Source: Candidatus Uhrbacteria bacterium
Lineage (GTDB): Bacteria > Patescibacteriota > Patescibacteriia > UBA9934 > GWF2-40-263
Assembly: GCA_013204385.1 (NCBI GenBank)
Contig: JABMNY010000003.1
Coordinates: 14,270-78,269 of the forward strand
Length of the DNA: 64,000 bases
Direction: 5' to 3'
Below the pieces are notes generated by a model. It was given only the letters and a program-made list of their open reading frames with translations, did no database searches and was not told where the DNA came from. Of the stretch, positions 35,517-45,599 are shown piece after piece; within the stretch, counting starts at the first letter, position 1, and every line of letters starts with the position of its first letter. The position numbers and the translations under genes are program-made.

Positions 35517-36842
35517 TCACAGTGGAGCGCAGGCGAGTTTGAGCTCGGTCTGCATGGTCTTGAGATCAGGTCCCCCGTCGATGAGTTTCCTCATGAGTGC
35601 CTCGACGGCGAGGTGAATGCGCGGAAGGACACGTGGAAGGACGGGACGTTTGAACCCGTGTTCGAGCTTTCTCGCCGTACGTGGATCAACATGCGCAAGA
35701 CGGCGATGGATCGCGAGAAGTTCTTCTTTGTACATCAGTTGCTCGGATGCCCCGATGTCTTGTTTGCGATCTTCCAGAATTCCCACTTGGAGCAGGACCT
35801 CTTCAAGACGTCGGTGACAATCCATCTGAATCATCGCGCGATAGACGCGTCCGATGACATCCTTGGACTGGTCCACATATTGACCATCACTCGCAGTCGC
35901 AGCCTGACGCAGAAGTTGTGCCGCTTCATCGAGATCGTCCGCACAGCGATTGAACGAACGCGAGAACGGTCGGGAGACGATTGCTCGCAAGCGCTGTGCT
36001 TCGAACTCTATTTGACCAGCTTCCTTTCGAACAGAATTGGGAGTCCGTTTCAGAGGAACCAACCACTCCCCACGCAGACGATGCTCTTGACTTCGAGACA
36101 CATCACGCGAGATCTCGTGCAAGCGATCGATGTAGTGCTCAAGCACCACCTCGCGGAAACTCATCCGACGACCGATACCACGTACTGCTTGGATGCGCGA
36201 GGCAACCTTGTTCTCACCCGCAAAGCAGATGAGTGGAATCCGTCCTGGATTGAAACGACCGATTGAGTCGATCACAGAACCAGCTTGGAGCGTTCGCTGT
36301 TGAGCCATGACTTTCGTCTCGTCGATTGGCTTCCCGTATGCCTTGGCAGCACGCACCGCGATGAGCACGAACGACGATTGTCCTTCCTCATCGACCTTGC
36401 GCAATTCCCACGAGTATTTCATCAGCTCATCGAGTGTCCCCGCGAGCTTCTTGTTCGCCGGAATCTCGCGTGAGCGATATCGTCGATCAATCTTCCCAAG
36501 ACCACGACGCGCCTTGAAGACCCCATCGAATGACTGAAAGCACTGATCGACCTGGCTCTCGATAGGTCCGCCACTGAGACGTTCACTGACTTTCATATTT
36601 CGACTCAGGATACTTCCCGGCCGAAGTTCTCGAACATCTTTCGCCAACTCGTGACAGTCCATTGGGACTTCGTACAAGCAATGCGGAATAAGTTCGATGA
36701 GCTTGGCACCCGTAAGCACCAACGGCTCAATCTTGGGTTCGCCCTTTTTGCGACGACGACGATTCCGCAGAACCGTCAGGTCCCGGACGATGATTCTTGG
36801 CTCTTGTGGATCTGGCCACACGAACGAAAAAGGAACGGTCAC
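35517..36842 (-). CDS. 441-aa Arg-rich orphan protein, GTG start, no recognisable catalytic motif
   Basis: Longest ORF in a ~58% GC segment; AGGAGG-N5-GTG; own TTGACA-N17/18-TAATTT promoter and structured ~75-nt 5' UTR. Confidence 0.6.
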   Translation of the reverse strand: MTVPFSFVWPDPQEPRIIVRDLTVLRNRRRRKKGEPKIEPLVLTGAKLIELIPHCLYEVPMDCHELAKDVRELRPGSILSRNMKVSERLSGGPIESQVDQCFQSFDGVFKARRGLGKIDRRYRSREIPANKKLAGTLDELMKYSWELRKVDEEGQSSFVLIAVRAAKAYGKPIDETKVMAQQRTLQAGSVIDSIGRFNPGRIPLICFAGENKVASRIQAVRGIGRRMSFREVVLEHYIDRLHEISRDVSRSQEHRLRGEWLVPLKRTPNSVRKEAGQIEFEAQRLRAIVSRPFSRSFNRCADDLDEAAQLLRQAATASDGQYVDQSKDVIGRVYRAMIQMDCHRRLEEVLLQVGILEDRKQDIGASEQLMYKEELLAIHRRLAHVDPRTARKLEHGFKRPVLPRVLPRIHLAVEALMRKLIDGGPDLKTMQTELKLACAPL

Positions 36843-36939
36843 GATAGCCTCCTAGGTGATTGGATCTTCCGATGTCTGAATTCAAAAGCTGAAACTCAGA
36901 AAACGAAAGACCCTCCAGAACCAAGGTCACCGAAGGGTC

Positions 36940-36969
36940 AAATTACGGATAAAACATCTTTTTGTCAAT
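36940..36969 (-). promoter_or_regulatory. Promoter TTGACA-N17/18-TAATTT for 441-aa gene
   Basis: minus strand ttgacaaaaagatgttttatccgtaattt. Confidence 0.5.
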
Positions 36970-36972
36970 CCA

Positions 36973-37995
36973 TTACTTTAAGTACTTATACTTATTGTCA
37001 ATATGTTGATCAAAGGTTTTTGCATAGATTACTTCTCCTTCTGGAGAGGTAAGAAAGAACACGTAATCTGAATCCACTGGATTCAAGACGGCCAAAATCG
37101 CATTCATCCCAGGATTACTGATTGGTCCAGGAGGGAGTCCAAGGTTTCGATAGGTATTGTATGGTGAACTGATCTGACTATCATCAAGGGAGATAGATGG
37201 GGTATCCTTGCCCGTCACATAATTGACCGTAGAGTCAGCCTGAAGTGCCATGCCAATTTGCATGCGCGTGTAAAAGATTCCCGCAACAATTTTCATCTCA
37301 TCCGCCTGACGCACTTCGCGTTCTACAATCGACGCAAGTGTCATCATTTCATGAAACGTGAGCCCTCCTTCAAAAATAAGATTGCGAGGAATGACAATAT
37401 CATTTTCTGCCAACCTTCGCTTTAAGGTTAACACCATTGTCTCTACAACTGTCTCTGCCGTCGCATCTGCTCGGAATCGATACGTGTCGGGAAAAAGGTA
37501 TCCCTCCAGTCCTTGTCCAACTGGAATTCCAGAAAGGATTTCAGACTCGGCCACCATCCACTTGCCATTTGGTCCCGCTACCTCCTCCCATTCCTCTTGA
37601 GTGATCTCTGGTAATACACTCATGACAGCCTCCCCAATCTGCTTGAGTGTGTATCCTTCAGGAATGGTTACTTGCACTTCTGATACACGTGCATCTCCAA
37701 GCACAGAAACGATTGCTCGAAGACTCATTCCCGGTTTCAGTTCAAATATTCCTGCCTGAAGAATTGACCCTGATACCCTAGTGTACAATCGAAAAAAAAG
37801 CTGGCTTGTGATGATCCCTTCCGCTTCAAGTTGCTCTGCTATTCCAACTCCTCGAGACCCCTCTTCGATCGTAATCGATATAGCTTCCGCATCATCGTCA
37901 GGAGAAATCAGATAGGCATCAAACAGATAGGAGCCAGACAATACAACCCCGACTAAGAGCACGATTCCAATAATCAATCCAAGAAATTTCATCAT
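36973..37995 (-). CDS. mltG: Endolytic murein transglycosylase MltG (YceG-like)
   Basis: N-terminal TM, YceG domain pattern. Confidence 0.8.
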   Translation of the reverse strand: MMKFLGLIIGIVLLVGVVLSGSYLFDAYLISPDDDAEAISITIEEGSRGVGIAEQLEAEGIITSQLFFRLYTRVSGSILQAGIFELKPGMSLRAIVSVLGDARVSEVQVTIPEGYTLKQIGEAVMSVLPEITQEEWEEVAGPNGKWMVAESEILSGIPVGQGLEGYLFPDTYRFRADATAETVVETMVLTLKRRLAENDIVIPRNLIFEGGLTFHEMMTLASIVEREVRQADEMKIVAGIFYTRMQIGMALQADSTVNYVTGKDTPSISLDDSQISSPYNTYRNLGLPPGPISNPGMNAILAVLNPVDSDYVFFLTSPEGEVIYAKTFDQHIDNKYKYLK

Positions 37996-37998
37996 AGA

Positions 37999-38481
37999 TT
38001 ACTTCCCATGACAGGCATTATATTTAGAACCTGACTCACAAAAACAATCACGTTCCTCTCGATCCTCCGCAGTTAACCATGAACTTGATTGCATCTTTCC
38101 GCCTTGCCCCACATTAAACACGGCTTCAATCCCAAGCTCACGACACACAATCGCCTCAGGAATATTGTCTGCAAATCTGTCCCCACCGTTCGCAAAAATC
38201 TGTGGCTCAATCATCCGCAATTCTCGACAAACAGATCGATCTTCATCATCAGGCTCATGCGCCGTAAACACCACACGTGTCACCCCCTTAATCGCCTCCA
38301 CGATTTCTCTCCGCTGATCCTGAGGCATGAACACATGTCCTTTCTTTTTTCTGAGCCAATGATCATTATTAATAATCACCACCAACTCATCTCCAAGAGC
38401 CGCCGCCTCCTGGATCATACGAATATGTCCAACATGAATTGGATCAAACCCCCCAGAAACAGTTACGATTTTTTTTGTCAT
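37999..38481 (-). CDS. Cytidylyltransferase-like nucleotidyltransferase (HxGH) with C-terminal SEC-C zinc motif
   Basis: VSGGFDPIHVGHIRMI; C-terminal CFCESGSKYNACHGK. Confidence 0.7.
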   Translation of the reverse strand: MTKKIVTVSGGFDPIHVGHIRMIQEAAALGDELVVIINNDHWLRKKKGHVFMPQDQRREIVEAIKGVTRVVFTAHEPDDEDRSVCRELRMIEPQIFANGGDRFADNIPEAIVCRELGIEAVFNVGQGGKMQSSSWLTAEDREERDCFCESGSKYNACHGK

Positions 38482-39011
38482 AGTCTCTCTAAAATCATAA
38501 TTACGCCGACGGTCGCATACGGTGTGACAAGAAGTCCGATGAATGCTCCTGCAAGAATATCTGAAAAAAAGTGGACTCCTGTGGCTACTCGACCAAGTGC
38601 AACCACAATACCAGCCGCAAGCATATACGGCAAAAGGGCTGTATAAAATAAGAAACTCAAAGAAATAATCGTGAATGCAAAGGTCGCATGTGCGCTTGGA
38701 AACGACGCTGTATGAACAAATGGATCAATAAGTGGTTTCTGTTTCGTTTCAAGATACGGACGCTTTCGATTAACCAATTTTGAAATAATTCCTGTCACCC
38801 CCCATGCAGGAAGCAGAAGTGCAAGTACGAACAACGTGTCGGCCCCAGGAACAAAAACGATTGTTTCGGAATTCCATGCCGTAACCGTCACGAGCACCCC
38901 AATCATCAACCAGATAAGATGGGTCGATGCGGCAACAGCAATATGTCGAGAAAGCCAGTGCTGACGCGTCTTGTTAAAAAAGGCGTGAGAGAATTTATGA
39001 TCGATGTTCAT
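38478..39011 (-). CDS. PAP2-family phosphatase (undecaprenyl-diphosphatase-like)
   Basis: SFPSAHA and SRxxxxxHxxxD-like motifs; multi-TM. Confidence 0.75.
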   Translation of the reverse strand: MNIDHKFSHAFFNKTRQHWLSRHIAVAASTHLIWLMIGVLVTVTAWNSETIVFVPGADTLFVLALLLPAWGVTGIISKLVNRKRPYLETKQKPLIDPFVHTASFPSAHATFAFTIISLSFLFYTALLPYMLAAGIVVALGRVATGVHFFSDILAGAFIGLLVTPYATVGVIMILERL

Positions 39012-39012
39012 A

Positions 39013-40134
39013 TTACACAGCTTGTTCTCTTAATTGTTCGAGCTCGAGCTCTCGTCGCTTAATATCAGTAAGCATCTCTTCTGCATTCTTTGGTATGGCA
39101 AGATTCTTCTGTTTGAATGCACACTGTTCGCGCACAGGGCAGGCCCAGCATCGGGGTTTACTAATACAGATGTACCGCCCATGCTTCACAAATACCTGAT
39201 TCACCGTTTTCTTCATCTTGTCTGGCACAATCTTCAACAACGCTTCTTCTGTTTTTTCTGGCGTCTTCGTCTTTACCCATCCTAATCGATTTGTGACGCG
39301 GTGAACATGGGTATCCACCGCAATCGCAGGTGTATCAAACGAGGCAACGAGAACGACACTTGCAGTCTTACGTCCCACCCCAGCAAGACTCACGAGCTCT
39401 TCCATGGTATCAGGAATCTCAGCATCAAACTTTTCCACGACATCAACAGCCATCGACTTTAGATTCTTCGCCTTCTGTCGAAACATGCCAATCGTGTTGA
39501 TCTTTTGTTCGATCTGTTTCGTTGTTGCTTTTGCAAGTTTTTGAGGAGTAGGAAACGCTTTGAAAAAACCTGGCATCAACTTCAACACCTGTTCATCTCG
39601 TGTCCGTGCACTCAACAACACCCCTACCAAATTCTGATAGGGATTCCCAATCTCCATCGCCCCAGGGTTCGGCCATCGTTTTTTAAGAAGTTGAAGTATG
39701 GAAAAAATTTCTTGAGAACGAAACCAGACACTTTTTTCAATTTTTTTCTGATACCTTCGATCTACATCATTTTTATGAGAACGTACTATAGCGAATGCTG
39801 CTGAAGTTTCCGTCCTTACTAATTGGAGTAATATAGATCCTTGTTGATCGGGATCAAGGGCATACCATTGACGATATAAAACGTTTACAGCCGCAAGAGA
39901 ACCTGATGACGCAAGATCAAACAGTAAATCATTTTGCTTCCAATCCTGATAAAAGCCCATGTGTTTCTCAACAAAATCAACATGAGATGCCTTTCCACTT
40001 CTCGCACACAACGAAAGCAAAAGATACCTCTCATCCATAGAAAGTATCTGCCAACATTTTTCAAGAGAGCGTGTCGCAGTCAATTCTGGCCAACGCTCCT
40101 TGAGCAGTTTTAAAAACACCGCATCTGTCTTCAT
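39013..40134 (-). CDS. nth: Endonuclease III (HhH-GPD, 4Fe-4S) with ~140-aa N-terminal extension
   Basis: LVSLAGVGRKTASVVL, C-x6-C-x2-C-x5-C cluster (CISKPRCWACPVREQC). Confidence 0.85.
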   Translation of the reverse strand: MKTDAVFLKLLKERWPELTATRSLEKCWQILSMDERYLLLSLCARSGKASHVDFVEKHMGFYQDWKQNDLLFDLASSGSLAAVNVLYRQWYALDPDQQGSILLQLVRTETSAAFAIVRSHKNDVDRRYQKKIEKSVWFRSQEIFSILQLLKKRWPNPGAMEIGNPYQNLVGVLLSARTRDEQVLKLMPGFFKAFPTPQKLAKATTKQIEQKINTIGMFRQKAKNLKSMAVDVVEKFDAEIPDTMEELVSLAGVGRKTASVVLVASFDTPAIAVDTHVHRVTNRLGWVKTKTPEKTEEALLKIVPDKMKKTVNQVFVKHGRYICISKPRCWACPVREQCAFKQKNLAIPKNAEEMLTDIKRRELELEQLREQAV

Positions 40135-40136
40135 AT

Positions 40137-41717
40137 CTACAAGAGTGACTGCCCCGTCATGTCAGGAGGTTGCTCAATTCCCATCACTGCAAGAATGGTC
40201 GGTGCAACATCAGCCAGCATTCCCACAGGCGACATCAGTGAGAGATCTCCCTCTGGAACCTCTCCGGCAATCGACGGCTGACCTTCATATTCTTTTCCGA
40301 TAATAAGGAATGGCACAGGATTGGTCGCATGCTCTTTGTAGTTCTCTCCCGTGCGCAGGTTTTTCATTTCTTCTGCGTTGCCGTGATCCGCCGTGATAAA
40401 CACATGTCCTTCTCGCGCAAGCGTCTCATCCACAATTTTCCCAATGCACTCATCCACGACCGCAATCCCTTTCATCGCGGCTGCTTGATCTCCGGTATGT
40501 CCTACCATATCAGGATTGGCAAAGTTCGTGACGATGAAATCAAATTTATTTTCACGCATTTCTTTCACGACACGATCTGCAATAAGTCGTGCACTCATCT
40601 CCGGAGCCTCATTATAATTTGCGACCTTTGGACTTGGGATGATAATGCGTTCTTCACCTGGAAACGCCTCTTCCTTTGTTCCATTCAAGAAGAATGTGAC
40701 ATGCGCATACTTTTCCGTCTCTGCAATATGAAGTTGCTTAAGCCCCTTCTCAGATAATATTTGTGCCAAGGTGTGCTCAATAACTTCTGGAGCAAACGCG
40801 ACTTCTACAGGAAGTCCTTTCTCATACTCTGCCATGGTCACAGAAAAGACATTCTTCACTTGCGTACGAACGAACCCATCAAAATCCGGTAATACAAATG
40901 CCTTACAAAGTTCCCGCATACGGTCTGGACGAAAATTGAAAAAAATGACCGCATCATTCTCTTCCACGCGACCAACTGGCGCCCCATCTTTCACAATCAC
41001 TGTCGGCAAAAACTCCTCGTCATACACTTCCTTTTGATACGATGCACGAATTGCTTCAAGTGGATCTTCAGCGGTTTCTCCAACTCCCGTCACCATTGCG
41101 TTATACGCTTTTTCTACTCGATCCCATCTTGTATCACGATCCATCGCATAATAACGCCCTGACAAAGAAGCAATCTTCCCGATCTTCAATTCAGCCATCT
41201 TTGCTTGTAAGTTCGTTAAAAAATCGATTCCTGCATTATAAACAGTGTCACGACCGTCGAGAATGGCTTGCACACAAACCTCTTTCACGCCGGCCATTTT
41301 TGCCGCTTCCAAGAGAGCGTGACAATGTAAATCCATTGAATGCACACGGCCCTGCGAGACCATTCCAATGAGATGCAGTTTACTTCCCTGTTTTTTGACA
41401 TGCTCAAACGCATGAACAAACCCTTCAATCCCCGCGAACTCCCCTGCTTCCATTGTACGATTGATGCGTGGAAAGGTTTGATAGTACACACGCCCCGCAC
41501 CGATTGCCAAGTGTCCGACTTCTGAATTTCCCATCTCCCCCCAACTCAATCCAACCTCCTCTCCAGAGGCTCGAAGGGTCATCGTTGGATAGGTGCGAAC
41601 AAATCGATCGTACTGAGGAGTCTTTGCTCGTACAATGGCATTTCCCTCTCCATCAGGCGCCACACCAAACCCATCAATAATGATAAGCACGTTCGGTTTT
41701 TTTAGGGGGTCAGACAT
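40137..41717 (-). CDS. gpmI: 2,3-bisphosphoglycerate-independent phosphoglycerate mutase
   Basis: 526 aa; full-length iPGM. Confidence 0.95.
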   Translation of the reverse strand: MSDPLKKPNVLIIIDGFGVAPDGEGNAIVRAKTPQYDRFVRTYPTMTLRASGEEVGLSWGEMGNSEVGHLAIGAGRVYYQTFPRINRTMEAGEFAGIEGFVHAFEHVKKQGSKLHLIGMVSQGRVHSMDLHCHALLEAAKMAGVKEVCVQAILDGRDTVYNAGIDFLTNLQAKMAELKIGKIASLSGRYYAMDRDTRWDRVEKAYNAMVTGVGETAEDPLEAIRASYQKEVYDEEFLPTVIVKDGAPVGRVEENDAVIFFNFRPDRMRELCKAFVLPDFDGFVRTQVKNVFSVTMAEYEKGLPVEVAFAPEVIEHTLAQILSEKGLKQLHIAETEKYAHVTFFLNGTKEEAFPGEERIIIPSPKVANYNEAPEMSARLIADRVVKEMRENKFDFIVTNFANPDMVGHTGDQAAAMKGIAVVDECIGKIVDETLAREGHVFITADHGNAEEMKNLRTGENYKEHATNPVPFLIIGKEYEGQPSIAGEVPEGDLSLMSPVGMLADVAPTILAVMGIEQPPDMTGQSLL

Positions 41718-41749
41718 ACAGGATTTAGTAACAGTTATTGATATTCTTC

Positions 41750-42619
41750 TTAGTTCGTCTGTTCATCTTTTCTACGCAAACGCTCTAAAAGTGGTCCACA
41801 AATTCGCTGGAACTCCTGAAATAAAACCTTCTTATTTGAACCGTATTGTTCGAAAATCGTTCTTGCAAGAAGCAAGTACTTTTCATCAGGATTGCTCGCA
41901 CTTAGTAAAAGGGCTTCCTCTCCTGTTTGCTTCACTTCCTCTTTATGCTCTGGCACTCTTCGAAATGCAGTCTCACTTAAAAAAAGGACGATTGTTTTTT
42001 CGTACGCACGACGTACAGATTCAAAATCTTTGTGATCCACCTCTGAAGCAATTTTCTCAAAAGCGACTTTGGCAACTTCCGGATGTTCATAATCACCAAC
42101 CGTCAAAACTTCCATGAGTGCGCTTGTAGATTCCGAATCTAAAAACGAAGCAAACAAAGGTCGTCCTTCGAAAATTTGTGAAAAGATGAGAGCAGGAAAT
42201 TCCTCGAGCATCACGTTCGGATCTGTGTACCCTTCTTCTAACGTTGCCGTAAGGAAGCTTGGCACCAAACTCTTTCCTTCGCTTTTATCATACATCGCAA
42301 TCGCATGAGCTGGGTCATGAAATGAAATGAATCCAAAGCGCTCTTTTGGATCGAATAAGCATTGCTTCGCTTTCTCCTTCGTTGAAATTTCGGCTCCAGG
42401 GCGATGCAGAGCCGCATTCACTAATCGTTTACTCACATGCTCGACAAAACGACCTACGTCTGCCTTCTCTTCCTCTGAAAGTTTTTCTCCCTCAAGCAGA
42501 AAGAAATTATCAATTGCTTCATCAGAAACTTCTCGTGAACCAAAAATTTCGCGTGACTTTCGGTAAATAGCCTCACGAATAATAGGATCTCGATAAAAGG
42601 AGGGTCGACGTTCAGTCAT
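41750..42619 (-). CDS. Hypothetical cytoplasmic protein
   Basis: 289 aa, no motif recognised. Confidence 0.45.
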   Translation of the reverse strand: MTERRPSFYRDPIIREAIYRKSREIFGSREVSDEAIDNFFLLEGEKLSEEEKADVGRFVEHVSKRLVNAALHRPGAEISTKEKAKQCLFDPKERFGFISFHDPAHAIAMYDKSEGKSLVPSFLTATLEEGYTDPNVMLEEFPALIFSQIFEGRPLFASFLDSESTSALMEVLTVGDYEHPEVAKVAFEKIASEVDHKDFESVRRAYEKTIVLFLSETAFRRVPEHKEEVKQTGEEALLLSASNPDEKYLLLARTIFEQYGSNKKVLFQEFQRICGPLLERLRRKDEQTN

Positions 42620-42623
42620 ATAC

Positions 42624-43877
42624 TTAACTCACTTCCTCTTCAATTTCCATTAACCGATTATACTTTGCAAGACGTTCTGAGCGTGACAAGGAGCCTGTCT
42701 TGATAAAGTCTGCGTTCACCGCAACCGCGAGATCTGCGATTGTTGTATCTGCTGTTTCTCCAGAGCGATGTGAAACACTCACTTTCCACCCATATTGTTT
42801 TGCCAGCATAATGGCATCCACAGACTCAGTGAGTGTTCCAATTTGGTTTACCTTAATCAAAATGGCATTCCCCGCTTTCAGTTCAATCGCTTTTGCTAGT
42901 CGAGCAACATTTGTCACAAGAAAATCGTCTCCCACAAGTGTCACTTTTTTCCCGAGACGTTTTGTAAGCTCCACCCAACCGTCCCAATCATCTTGATCAA
43001 GACCATCTTCCAAAGAAATGATTGGGTATTTTGCAAGCCATCCTTCCCATAAATCAATCATTTGCGCACTTGTCATCTTCTTTGCTTCTGTCTTCAATAT
43101 GTACCGTTTTGTCTTTTTATCATAGAGCTCTGAAACCGCAGGATCCATGGCAAGAAACACATTCTTTCCTGGGATATACCCAGCGTTCTTAATTGCCACA
43201 ATAATCAACTTAAACGCCTCTTCATTGTTTTTGAGCGGTACAGCGTATCCTCCTTCATCACCTTTGAGAGTTGAGTATCCCTTCTTCTTCAAAAGTAATC
43301 CAAGCTCTTCAAAAATCTCCGCCCCTGCTCGCACTCGTTCCTTAAACGTTGCTTGTTTTGGAACGATCATGAATTCCTGAAAATCTAAAATCCATCCTGC
43401 ATGCGCCCCACCATTCAAAACATTCATGGTTGGCACAGGAAGTTTGTACGTTGTAAACGGGAGTTCAAATGTCTCTCGAATATACGCATACAGTGGCATT
43501 TTCTTTGCTCGCGCCGCCGCATATGCACACGCAAGACTCACACCTAAAATGGCATTCGCCCCAAGATGGGCCTTATTAAGCGATCCATCAAGCTCCATCA
43601 TCACCGCATCAATATCCCGTTGATGCATTACGTTCATCCCTATAAGAGCTGGGGCAATTTTCTTATGCACATTCGCCACGGCCTTCAAAACCCCCTTCCC
43701 GTGGTAGCGTTTCGCGTCTCCATCACGTAACTCAAGAGCCTCGTGCACTCCTGTAGAAGCACCACTTGGAACGCTTGCGCTTCCTGATATCCCTCCTTTC
43801 AACAACACAGTTACATTCAAAGTCGGATTCCCACGAGAATCTAGGATTTCATGTGTGTGGATAGATTCAATTTTCAT
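42624..43877 (-). CDS. eno: Enolase
   Basis: 417 aa; canonical enolase sequence. Confidence 0.95.
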   Translation of the reverse strand: MKIESIHTHEILDSRGNPTLNVTVLLKGGISGSASVPSGASTGVHEALELRDGDAKRYHGKGVLKAVANVHKKIAPALIGMNVMHQRDIDAVMMELDGSLNKAHLGANAILGVSLACAYAAARAKKMPLYAYIRETFELPFTTYKLPVPTMNVLNGGAHAGWILDFQEFMIVPKQATFKERVRAGAEIFEELGLLLKKKGYSTLKGDEGGYAVPLKNNEEAFKLIIVAIKNAGYIPGKNVFLAMDPAVSELYDKKTKRYILKTEAKKMTSAQMIDLWEGWLAKYPIISLEDGLDQDDWDGWVELTKRLGKKVTLVGDDFLVTNVARLAKAIELKAGNAILIKVNQIGTLTESVDAIMLAKQYGWKVSVSHRSGETADTTIADLAVAVNADFIKTGSLSRSERLAKYNRLMEIEEEVS

Positions 43878-43880
43878 AGA

Positions 43881-45071
43881 CTACATGGTAAGTGCTTCAA
43901 TTCCAGGCAGAGACTCTCCCGCAAGAAATTGAAGGAGGGCCCCTCCTCCTGTTGAAAGAAGAGTATATTTATCCGCAAGTTTAAGTGCTTCGATGACCGG
44001 AAGTGTATCTCCCCCACCCACAATCGTTGTTGTACTTCCCGTCTGATGGGCGATCACCTTTGCGACATCACGCGTCCCTGCACAAAATGCTGCAATTTCA
44101 CAATAACCGAGCGGCCCATTCCAGACAATCGTCTTGGCAGTACTGAGAGTTTCTTGAAAGAGTTTTCGTGTGCGTGGCCCGATATCCACAATGCGATCTG
44201 TCTCGCCAATCTCTTCTACAGCAACCTCACGTTGTTTCGCATCTTTTCTAAGCGAACGCACAACAACGACGTCTAACGGAAGGAGGATTCTGTCTCCATG
44301 AGTTCGCAGGAGTGTGCGAGCTGATTCAACAGATGCTTCCTCATATACAGATCTCCCCACAGACAGACCTTTCGCTACTAAAAAGACATTCGCAAGTGCT
44401 CCTCCGACTAATAAGTTATCTAGATCAGAAATAAATCGTTCAATGATCGGAAGCTTCGTCGTCATTTTAAGCCCCCCGAGCATTAACACGAACGGCTTTT
44501 TTGCTTGTTTCTCAAGTCGACTGAGTACCGCCACCTCTTGAGCCAACAAAGGACCTGCGTACGAAGGAAGATGTGAGGTAATCGCCACAAGTGACGCATG
44601 CGCGCGATGCGAAACAGCAAACGCATCATTTACATAGACATCTGCTAATCGCGCGAGCTCTTGTGCAAATCCTTCATCGTTCTCAGATTCTCGCGCATCG
44701 AACCGCAAATTTTCTAATAACAAAACTTCTCCATTTTCCATTTTTTCAATCGCTCGCTCAACATCTTTCCCAATCACCGATCGCATCACTTGAATGCGTG
44801 TTCCCAACAAACCCGAAAGTCGCTTCGCAATTGGTTTCACAGAATACGCAGAAATATGCCGACCGTTTGGTCGACCAAGGTGCGTCATCACAATAACTTT
44901 TGCTCCACGTTGTGAAAGCCAATTAATATCCACAGCACTACGAGCGATCCGTCCATGAGGACCATCTTGTGCGCGTCCTTTAATCACAGGCACATTTCCA
45001 TCGATGCGAATCAAGACTCGTTTTCCTTTCAGATTCATCGTGTTCCCAAGTTTGCGTAATTTCATAATCAT
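43881..45071 (-). CDS. pgk: Phosphoglycerate kinase
   Basis: GKRVLIRIDGNVP N-terminal signature. Confidence 0.95.
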   Translation of the reverse strand: MIMKLRKLGNTMNLKGKRVLIRIDGNVPVIKGRAQDGPHGRIARSAVDINWLSQRGAKVIVMTHLGRPNGRHISAYSVKPIAKRLSGLLGTRIQVMRSVIGKDVERAIEKMENGEVLLLENLRFDARESENDEGFAQELARLADVYVNDAFAVSHRAHASLVAITSHLPSYAGPLLAQEVAVLSRLEKQAKKPFVLMLGGLKMTTKLPIIERFISDLDNLLVGGALANVFLVAKGLSVGRSVYEEASVESARTLLRTHGDRILLPLDVVVVRSLRKDAKQREVAVEEIGETDRIVDIGPRTRKLFQETLSTAKTIVWNGPLGYCEIAAFCAGTRDVAKVIAHQTGSTTTIVGGGDTLPVIEALKLADKYTLLSTGGGALLQFLAGESLPGIEALTM

Positions 45072-45090
45072 TCTCCCCCCTATTCCCCAA

Positions 45091-45591
45091 TTAACCCAAA
45101 AACAGACGAACCCACTTCATGCGAGGTGCAAGTCGGCGTTCGATAATTGAATCTACCCCCCACACATGACCGAATCCACCAAGAATAAAAAGTAAAAGGA
45201 CTGTTGCATAGACAACATGTTCATCTATGAACCCGTGTGCCGTATTCCCCACAAGATCTGCAAAGTAATACAGGACCATTATAACGATTCCAAACGCAGA
45301 AGCTGTTCGCACAAGCAGACCAATGATAAGCGCTACACCTATCAGTGTCAGTCCCCACATATTCAAGAAATCAATAAATCCATTGCCCGCAAGCGACTGA
45401 AACCAAGAGGCAAATGGACCAGTTGCATTTGCGAGATATCCTGCTGCACTCCAATCAGGAGAAACGAGTTTTGACCAACCTGCATAGAAGAATAAAAATC
45501 CGATCACGATCCGCAAAAGCACAACTCCCCATCCCATCGCTTCTTGATAGGTTCCTTCAATAAATGTATCAAATGATGTTGATTTTCTCAT
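45091..45591 (-). CDS. DoxX-family membrane protein
   Basis: LLRIVIGFLFFYAGWSKL DoxX pattern; start trimmed to avoid overlap with gap. Confidence 0.55.
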   Translation of the reverse strand: MRKSTSFDTFIEGTYQEAMGWGVVLLRIVIGFLFFYAGWSKLVSPDWSAAGYLANATGPFASWFQSLAGNGFIDFLNMWGLTLIGVALIIGLLVRTASAFGIVIMVLYYFADLVGNTAHGFIDEHVVYATVLLLFILGGFGHVWGVDSIIERRLAPRMKWVRLFLG

Positions 45592-45599
45592 ATATCTGA

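Noticed and set aside
35613-36266. 217-aa plus-strand ORF (and 35617-35817, 35981-36232, 36285-36537) inside the 441-aa gene
   Set aside because: Antisense to the longest ORF, which has RBS, promoter and terminator; no signals of their own.
35517-36842. Reverse transcriptase call for the 441-aa protein based on CADD
   Set aside because: RCADDLD lacks the hydrophobic context of YxDD, and no other RT motifs (domains 1-2, QG, FLG) are present.
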